From NCBI GenBank assembly GCA_965223905.1, contig CBDCXV010000002.1, forward strand, positions 64,001-128,000: 64,000 nt of DNA, read 5' to 3'. The stretch is from Candidatus Latescibacterota bacterium. GTDB lineage: Bacteria > Latescibacterota > UBA2968 > UBA8231. The position numbers and the translations under genes were made by a program. Positions 57,071 through 64,000 of this stretch are shown here, piece by piece (positions within the stretch are counted from its first letter, which is position 1; each line of letters opens with the position of its first letter). The notes below the pieces were generated by a model. It saw only the letters and a list, made by a program, of their open reading frames with translations. It was not told where the DNA came from and made no database searches.

Positions 57071-59225
57071 CTACCTGCCCGCGGCGAGACGCTTCCGGCT
57101 TTCCCAGTCGAGGACGCCGCGCACGACTTTCTCCGCATCGCGCTGGCGGAGCTGCTCGAAGCGCAGGGCCCAGGCGTGGTCGACGTAGGCGAGGTTGCGC
57201 AGCTCGACCAGCACCTTGACCGCGGCCGGGTTGTCGCGCAGCACCCTGAGACCCTGCCCGCGCACGCGGGAGCCGGCTCCGAGAGCCGGCAGCAGGGACT
57301 TCGCAAAGGCGCGGGAGGCGCGATCCTTGCGGCGGCCGTCGCGGCTCTCGTAGTAGAGCACCAGGGGCGCCCGCGGCGAGTTCTTGTCTATGTCGGCGTG
57401 GAACGAAAGGAAGATGCGCCGGGACTTCGGAGTGCCGGCGAACGCTTCCCTGGCGATACGCACGCGGGCGTCAAGTCCCTTGCGGCTGCCGCGCGGCCAC
57501 TGGTGGCGGGTGTTGGGCTTGTTCAGGGCGTAGCTGTTGTAGACCTCGTTCTTCTCGTTGACGAAGGTCTGCGACGGCGGCGCGCTGCCGCGGATCAGGT
57601 GGTTCGGACTCAGCAGCGTCATCGTCACCTTCGCTCCGTGCAGGCGCAGCAGCACGTAGGAGCGCAGGGCGATGTCGTGGACGTACTCGTCCTCGACGAC
57701 GTACAGCTTCCGGCCGTTGCCGTCGGTCGTGCGCACCACTGCCCCGGGATCGAGGCCGCCGTGCCCGGGATCGAGGACGATATGCCAGCCCTCGAGCCTG
57801 CTGCTCAGGCGGCCGGCGCGACCGACGGCGCGCTCGAACTGCTTCCACAGCTTGCGCGCCTGCCGGTAGGTCTTCAGCGGCGACGCCGGGTGGCCCTCGT
57901 AGTACTCGCGGCCCCGCTGCCGGTCCGCCCGCGGCCGCCGCGTGAAGTACGGCCCGTTTCCGACGTCGATGCGGCGCACGCCCCTGGGCGCCACCTGCAG
58001 ATCGGCCCAGTCGACGTCGGCGAGCTCCAGCCGTTCCCGGCGGGCCATCAGCGGCCTGACATTGAGCCTCTGCCCTGGGTGGATGACCAAGCTTCTCAGG
58101 TTGTTGAGCCGCTTCAGCTCTGCCACGCTCATCTGGTGAAGGCGGGCGATCTCGGTGAGGTTGTCGCCTCCTATTACCGTGTAGGTGCCGAGGCGCCGCG
58201 ATTTTTCCGGGCTGAGCACGAGCTCCTGGCCCGGATAGATGCGGTTCGACGTCAGCCCGTTCAGCTTCTTCAGCTCCGCCACGCTCATCGAGTAGGCGCG
58301 CGCGATCTCCCACAGGGCGTCGCCGCGCTCGACTATGTGCCGTGCCGACGGGGTGGCGCGCAGACGCAGCTTCTGCCCCACCAGTATGCGGTCCCCCTCG
58401 ATACCGTTGAGCTCCTTGAGGACGGCGAGGGCGATGTCGTAGCGGCGGGCGATGCCGGTCAGGTTTTCCCCGCGGCGGACGATGTGGATGCCCTCGTCGA
58501 CGGCAGAAGCGCGCAGACGCAGCTTCTGCCCCGGGCGGATGCGGTCGGATTTCAGGCCGTTGATTTGTTTGAGAAAGCTGACTCCTATGTCGAAGCGCCG
58601 GGCGATCTTCGACAGGGTATCCCCTCGGCGCACGACGTACTCGGTCACCTCCTCGGAAGCGGTTTCTCCCGCCCGCAGCCGCAGCCGCTGTCCGGCCCCG
58701 ATGCGGTCCCCGCGCAGGTTGTTCAGCTCCCGAAGCTCCCGCACCGGCACCCCCTCGGCCGCGGCGATATCCGAAAGCGTGTCCCCTCGCTTGACGAGGT
58801 AGGTGGCGGAGGACGCCGGGCGCAGGCGCAGCTTCTGTCCGGGGTGGATGACGGCGCCGTCGAGCTTGTTGATGCGCCTCAGCTCGCCGGGGGAGATCCC
58901 GTGTCGGGAGGCGATGGTCGTCAGGTTGTCGCCGCGGCGGACCACGTACCACTCGGCCGACCGCTCCTTGCGGACGGTGAGCTTCTGGCCGACCAGGATG
59001 CGGTCCCCCTCGATCCCGCTCCAGCGGCGCAGGTCGGCCACCGAAACCCCGTAGTGGCTGGCGATGTCGCTCAGGGTTTCGCCGCGGCGGACCGGGTGCT
59101 GCAGGGATCCCGCAGTCAGGCGGTCGCCCCCCATGGACGCCGTGCAGACCATTACGGCGGCGGCGTAGCGGAGTAGAGACAGCCGTGCAGATGCCTTGGC
59201 GGCAGCCGGCCAAAGGAGTTTCAAG
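57071..59225 (-). CDS. N-acetylmuramoyl-L-alanine amidase (Amidase_3) with seven LysM repeats
   Basis: Seven xVxxG(D/E)xLxxIA..L...N LysM units; IVLDPGHGG, EDE, LSFHAD, VLVELRN; start uncertain. Confidence 0.9.
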
Positions 59226-59366
59226 CAGGAACGTCCGGTGGTTGCGGACGGGGAGCGGAGGGGTGCCCGAGCTGCGGAAGGGAGGGAGTTCTCGGGCACC
59301 GCTAAGTATAACCACAACTTGAGGATAGCGCAAAAAGAACAGGAGTCGTATTATCCTTCAATTAAT

Positions 59367-60773
59367 ATGAACGACGCGGTGAAATCGCTTCCCTCGGTGG
59401 ACGAGGTGCTGCGGCTCGAGTCGACGCGGCGGCTGGTGAGGGCCTGCGACCGGGGATACGTGGTCGAGGCGGTCCGCTCGGTGCTGCGCGGGGTTCGCGA
59501 CGAGTTGCTGGCCGCGGCTGGCGGCGAGGTCCCCTCCCGCGAAGAGCTGCTGGCGCGGGTGGAGACCGAGCTCGCCGGGGCTGTGCGCGCCGGAGGGGTA
59601 GCGAGCCTGCATCGCGCCGTCAACGCGACCGGCGTCATCCTGCACACCGGCCTGGGGCGGGCCCCCCTGCCCCCCGCGGCGCTCGCCGCGGTGATGGAGG
59701 TGGGGGAGAACTACTGCAACCTCGAGCTCGACCTGGAAACCGGTGAGCGGGGTACGCGGCTCGCCCACGTCGAGCGGATGATCTGCGAGGTCAGCGGGGC
59801 CGAAGCCGCGGTAGTGGTCAACAACAACGCCGCCGCCGTCCTGCTGCTGCTCAACAGTCTGGCCAGCGGCCGCGAGGTGATCGTTTCGCGTGGCGAGCTG
59901 GTCGAGATAGGGGGCGCTTTCCGCATGCCGGACATCGTCGCCGCCAGCGGCGCGCGCCTGCGCGAGGTCGGGACGACCAACCGCACCCATCTGGCCGACT
60001 ACGAGAACGCCGTCGGCGAGCAGACCGGCGCCATCCTCGCCGTGCACCCCAGCAACTACCGCGTCGAGGGGTTCACCGCCGCAGCCGGTTTGCCCGAGCT
60101 GGCCGCCCTCGGCGAGCGCGCCGGGGTGCCGCTGGTCTACGATCTCGGCGGCGGGGTTCTCGTCGACCTCGAGGACTGGGGCCTGCCGCCCGAACCGGTG
60201 GTCGCCGGCAGCCTGCGTTCCGGCGCAGGGGCGGTCACCTTCAGCGGCGACAAGCTGCTAGGCGGACCGCAGGCCGGGATCATCGCCGGCAGGGCCGACC
60301 TCGTTGAGCAGGCGGCCGGGAACCCGTTGATGCGGGCCCTGCGCTGTGACAAGCTGACCCTCGCGGCCCTCGCCGCCACCCTGCGCCTCTACCGCCTCGA
60401 CCCGGCCCGCCTCCGCGCCGCCCACCCGGTGCTGCGGATGATGACCGAGGATGCCGCCGCGGTGCGCCTCCGGGCCGAGGCCCTGGTCCGCAGTTTGTCC
60501 GACAGGGCGCGCTGCCGCCTCGTGGCGACCGTGGAATCGACCACCGCGGAATTCGGCAGCGGCGCTCTGCCGCTGGAAGAGCTTCCCAGCGCCGCGGTCT
60601 GCCTGCGCCCGACGTTCTGCAGCGCCGAGAGGCTTGCCCGGGCGCTGCGCACCGACCCCGAGGCCGTGGTCGGCCGCATTCGCAAGGAGGCCGTGCTGCT
60701 CGACATGCGCACGACGCGCGACGACGAGGTCGCGGCCGTCGCCGCCAGTCTCGAGCGGGCCGCTGCCGGCTGA
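59367..60773 (+). CDS. selA: L-seryl-tRNA(Sec) selenium transferase
   Basis: LPSVD, VNATGVILHTGLGRA, VNNNAAA, SRGELVEIGG.FR, EVGTTNRTH, FSGDKLLGGPQAG. Confidence 0.96.
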   Translation: MNDAVKSLPSVDEVLRLESTRRLVRACDRGYVVEAVRSVLRGVRDELLAAAGGEVPSREELLARVETELAGAVRAGGVASLHRAVNATGVILHTGLGRAPLPPAALAAVMEVGENYCNLELDLETGERGTRLAHVERMICEVSGAEAAVVVNNNAAAVLLLLNSLASGREVIVSRGELVEIGGAFRMPDIVAASGARLREVGTTNRTHLADYENAVGEQTGAILAVHPSNYRVEGFTAAAGLPELAALGERAGVPLVYDLGGGVLVDLEDWGLPPEPVVAGSLRSGAGAVTFSGDKLLGGPQAGIIAGRADLVEQAAGNPLMRALRCDKLTLAALAATLRLYRLDPARLRAAHPVLRMMTEDAAAVRLRAEALVRSLSDRARCRLVATVESTTAEFGSGALPLEELPSAAVCLRPTFCSAERLARALRTDPEAVVGRIRKEAVLLDMRTTRDDEVAAVAASLERAAAG

Positions 60774-60774
60774 G

Positions 60775-61215
60775 GTGCGTCCCGTGACTCCCGTGATCGC
60801 GTTGCTGCTGCTGGCCCTGGGCGCAACCACCGGCTGCGGCGGGGGCGGCAAGGAAGGAAACGGCGGTCCGCCTCCGGGTCCGGACAACGGTGAGCCGGCC
60901 GCGGGGCGCATACTGCTGCAGAACTCGACGCCCTACTCGATACAGGTCGCCTACCTCAACGAGGTCGACCCGGTAGATGCCAGGGTGATCCGCACCGAAG
61001 TCGCCCCGGGAGAGCGGTCGGACGTCGGTCTGGAAGAGCTGCCGGGCGGTTGGACCGTGGTGCTCGATCTCGTGCTGGTGCTGGCAGACTCGGAGGAGAA
61101 CCGGGTGCGGCGCAAGGCGAACGTCACCGTCGACGGGGACGTGGTGGTGCACGTCGAGCTAAAGGATCCGGCCGATCCGTTCAGCGTGGAGATCGAGACG
61201 ATCCCTGTGGAATAA
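60775..61215 (+). CDS. putative lipoprotein
   Basis: Hydrophobic signal with TTG-C lipobox, G/P-rich linker, beta-rich domain. Confidence 0.65.
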   Translation: MRPVTPVIALLLLALGATTGCGGGGKEGNGGPPPGPDNGEPAAGRILLQNSTPYSIQVAYLNEVDPVDARVIRTEVAPGERSDVGLEELPGGWTVVLDLVLVLADSEENRVRRKANVTVDGDVVVHVELKDPADPFSVEIETIPVE

Positions 61216-64000
61216 ATGCTGCCTGTTGTAATCGGCTGTCTGATCGGGCTGCTCTCAGCGGCCGGCGCCGAGCCGCTGCTGGAGGGTCGGGTGCTTCTGT
61301 CCTCGGGCCCCCCGGTGGCCGGGGCCCGGGTGCGGCTGTTCGCCGAGCTGGGGCGCTCGCTGGGCGCCACCGCGGATGAGAGCGGCTATTTCGCCTTTCC
61401 CCTGAAGGCCCTGCGCCGTGCCGCGCCGCTGCCGGCGCGCCTGCACCTGGGTCAGAACTACCCCAACCCGTTCAATCCCTCGACCATCATCCCCTATCAG
61501 GTACCGGTGGCGACCCGGGTGCGCCTGGAGGTGTTCAACATCCTGGGTCAGCGTGTGGCGACCCTGGTCGACGGGGAGCGCCCGGCCGGCTTTCACACGG
61601 CGACCTGGAACGCGACCGATGCCTCGGGGCGAGGCGTGGGCTCGGGGGTGTACCTGTACCGCCTGCTGGGGGGCGGGGAGCGCCTGACGCGGTCGATGGT
61701 GCTGCTCGACGGCCCGGTGGTCGCGGCGGGTGGAACCGGTTCCGGCCAGGCAGGAGATCCCTGGAGTGGGGCGATTGGAGCGGCGGGGCAAGCTGCGGAC
61801 AGCGGGACGGATCCCTGGAACGGGGCGGTGGGCTCCACGGGTGAACCCGCTTCTGCGGGCCAACCCCCGGGCAGCCCGGCGGTTGGAGCGGTCTCCAAAA
61901 GTGGAGCGGATCCGTCCGGGTGGACGGAAGCGGAGGCAAGGGCGGCATTCACCACGGCGGGTACCGGTGCGGCGGCAGCGGGTTCGCTGGACGGAATGGA
62001 TCGAGTCTACGGGCTGACGGTCTCGGGACCGGGGCTGGTTGCCTGGGTCGACCCGGCCTTCCGGGTGGGGGCCGGGCGGGTCGAGATCCAGGTTCAAACG
62101 CTGGCGGACCTGCCTCGGGGCAAGGTGGCCTCAGGCGGCCTGCTGGGGGACGTCAACCGGGACGGGCAGGTCGATCTCGCCGACGCCCTGCTGGTCGCCT
62201 CGTACAGCGAGGACCCGACCCTGTCCCTTGCCAACGGCGATATCACCCTGGGGGACGTCAACCAGGACGGCCAGGTCGACCTGGCCGACGCCCGGCTCAT
62301 CGAGGCCTACCACGCCGACCCGTCCGACCCGTCGCTTCCGGAAGGGATCGGCTTTCCAGTGGGGGCCGGTACCCAGGCGCTGATGCTCTACTGGACGGAC
62401 GCGGACGGCGACCGCATTCAGCGGTCCCTCCTCGACGGCTCCGGGGTCGAGGACGTGGTCGACAGCGGCCTGGTCAACCCGCGCGGCCTGGCCGTGGACG
62501 AGGCCGCCGGCAAGCTCTACTGGACCGACTACGGCAGCGACAAGATCCAGCGCGCCAACCTCGACGGCTCTCAAGTGGAAGACCTGGTCACCGAGGGCCT
62601 GCGCATCCCCCTGGGTCTGGCCCTGGATGCGGGAGCGGGCAAGCTCTACTGGACCGACAACGGCAGCGACAAGATCCAGCGGTCCAACCTCGACGGCTCG
62701 CAAGTCGAGGACCTGGTCACCGGCCTGCAGACGCCGTTGAGCCTGGCTCTCGACACGGCCGCGGGCAAGCTCTACTGGACCGACAGCGGCGCCGACAAGA
62801 TCCAGGGGGCCAACCTCGACGGCTCCGAAGTGGAGGACCTGGTGACCACCGGCCTGGAGCTTCCCCGGGGGCTGGCCGTGGACGCGGCCGCCGGCAAGCT
62901 CTACTGGACGGACAACGGCACCGACATGATCCAGCGGGCCAACTTGGACGGCTCGCAGGTGGAAGACCTGGTCGCCAGCGGCCTGCACACCCCCCGGGGG
63001 CTGGCCCTCGACGTGGAGGCCGGCAAGCTCTACTGGACCGACAGCGGCACCGGCAGGATCCAGCGCGCCAACCTCGACGGGTCGCAAGTCGAGGACTTGG
63101 TGACCGAGGGCCTGCTGAGTCCGCGGGGCCTGGCCCTGGTCCGGACCGTTGCCGCCGCCGCAAACCGGGCCCCGGTCCTGGTGCCTATAGCGGACCGGAC
63201 CGCGGCGGCCGGCGACACCCTGACCCTGGCGGCGGCCGCCACCGACCCGGACGGCGACGCCCTGACCTACGCGGCTTCATCGAGCGACGAGGCGGTAGCC
63301 CGGGTCGAGGTGGCTGATTCTCTGCTGACGGTCTACGCACTGGCGATGGGCCGGGCCACGATCACCGCGACCGCCCGCGACCCGGAGGGCCTGGAGGCGG
63401 TGCAGCGCTTCGCCGTGCTCGTCGTCGGGGCCGGAAGCCTCGGGGCCGTCAACCGGCTCTACTGGACGGACGCGGAGGCGGACCGGATCCGGCGGTCTCA
63501 CCTGGACGGCTCCGGGGTGGAGGACGTCGTCGACAGCGGCCTGGTCAACCCGCGCGGCCTGGCTCTGGACGCAGTCGCCGGCAAGCTCTACTGGACCGAC
63601 TACGGCAGCGACCGGATTCAACGGTCCAACCTCGACGGCTCTCAAGTGGAAGACCTGGTCACCGCGGGACTGCGCATCCCCCTGGCCCTGGCCCTCGACG
63701 CGGCCGCGGGCAAGCTCTACTGGACGGACAACGGCACCGACCGGATTCAACGGTCCAACCTCGACGGAACCGAAATCGAGGATCTCGTCACCGGTCTGCA
63801 GACCCCGTTGGGGCTGGCCCTGGACGCGGCCGGCGGCAAGCTCTACTGGACCGACAGCGGCAGCGACAAGATCCAGCGCGCCAACCTCGACGGCTCTGAG
63901 GTCGAAGACCTCGTCACCACGGGTCTGCAGATCCCGCGGGGGCTGGCCCTGGACGGGGCCGCCGGCAAGCTGTATTGGAGCGACAACGGCACCGACCGCA
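61216..64000 (+). CDS. large secreted protein: N-terminal FlgD/T9SS-like domain, dockerin, YWTD (LDL-receptor class B) propellers, cadherin/Ig-like domain; incomplete at the window end
   Basis: Manual frame-1 translation: LGQNYPNPFNPST..FNILGQRV..SGVYLY; GDVNRDGQVDLAD and GDVNQDGQVDLAD; six LYWTD repeats at 62386-63140; NRAP..TDPDGDALTY; second propeller from 63457. Confidence 0.9.
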   Translation, partial: MLPVVIGCLIGLLSAAGAEPLLEGRVLLSSGPPVAGARVRLFAELGRSLGATADESGYFAFPLKALRRAAPLPARLHLGQNYPNPFNPSTIIPYQVPVATRVRLEVFNILGQRVATLVDGERPAGFHTATWNATDASGRGVGSGVYLYRLLGGGERLTRSMVLLDGPVVAAGGTGSGQAGDPWSGAIGAAGQAADSGTDPWNGAVGSTGEPASAGQPPGSPAVGAVSKSGADPSGWTEAEARAAFTTAGTGAAAAGSLDGMDRVYGLTVSGPGLVAWVDPAFRVGAGRVEIQVQTLADLPRGKVASGGLLGDVNRDGQVDLADALLVASYSEDPTLSLANGDITLGDVNQDGQVDLADARLIEAYHADPSDPSLPEGIGFPVGAGTQALMLYWTDADGDRIQRSLLDGSGVEDVVDSGLVNPRGLAVDEAAGKLYWTDYGSDKIQRANLDGSQVEDLVTEGLRIPLGLALDAGAGKLYWTDNGSDKIQRSNLDGSQVEDLVTGLQTPLSLALDTAAGKLYWTDSGADKIQGANLDGSEVEDLVTTGLELPRGLAVDAAAGKLYWTDNGTDMIQRANLDGSQVEDLVASGLHTPRGLALDVEAGKLYWTDSGTGRIQRANLDGSQVEDLVTEGLLSPRGLALVRTVAAAANRAPVLVPIADRTAAAGDTLTLAAAATDPDGDALTYAASSSDEAVARVEVADSLLTVYALAMGRATITATARDPEGLEAVQRFAVLVVGAGSLGAVNRLYWTDAEADRIRRSHLDGSGVEDVVDSGLVNPRGLALDAVAGKLYWTDYGSDRIQRSNLDGSQVEDLVTAGLRIPLALALDAAAGKLYWTDNGTDRIQRSNLDGTEIEDLVTGLQTPLGLALDAAGGKLYWTDSGSDKIQRANLDGSEVEDLVTTGLQIPRGLALDGAAGKLYWSDNGTDR

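Noticed and set aside
58050-59100. Periodic DNA repeats
   Set aside because: Explained by seven LysM domains
59230-59366. tRNA-Sec (selC) near selA
   Set aside because: No cloverleaf or T-loop GTTC motif found; it looks like a divergent promoter region
62380-64000. Regular ~129-bp repeats as a CRISPR array
   Set aside because: They are in-frame YWTD protein repeats with no unique spacers, and no cas genes are present

Overview
High-GC bacterial window. Its gene content suggests a sponge-symbiont-type Latescibacterota/Gemmatimonadota-like lineage (inference): four PhyH-family dioxygenases, FlgD/T9SS-like-domain secreted proteins, YWTD-repeat proteins and many sugar-catabolic TIM barrels. Layout: (1) 1-3.4 kb is a scar of gene fragments (M6 protease pieces, ISL3, methyltransferase, GGT, uxuA-like) around an intact-looking sigma54 promoter with three enhancer-like sites. 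(2) 3.4-15.8 kb holds MFS transporters, SelO, oxidoreductases and a large S8 protease. (3) About 15.8-33 kb is a defence island: a hypothetical/PLD/SNF2-helicase trio (Azaca-like), HigA, HicAB, and a type III-like R-M system. Its res and mod genes are split by an AT-richer, translationally coupled three-gene cassette (TIGR04255-like protein, protein with a disordered N-terminus, ART-like protein), the best candidate for an undescribed toxin-antitoxin-chaperone-like defence module. A PIN TA pair follows. (4) 33-64 kb holds glycoside hydrolases, IS630 remnants and ~60-bp MITEs, a MNT-HEPN fusion, GAPDH, an ABC exporter, a split ORF that is really a UGA-recoded selenoprotein (UxxC redoxin with a SECIS-like hairpin; selA is 6 kb away), a 7xLysM amidase and a YWTD-propeller surface protein running off the end. 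No rRNA, tRNA or CRISPR array was seen. All family calls are from motif recognition, not database searches.
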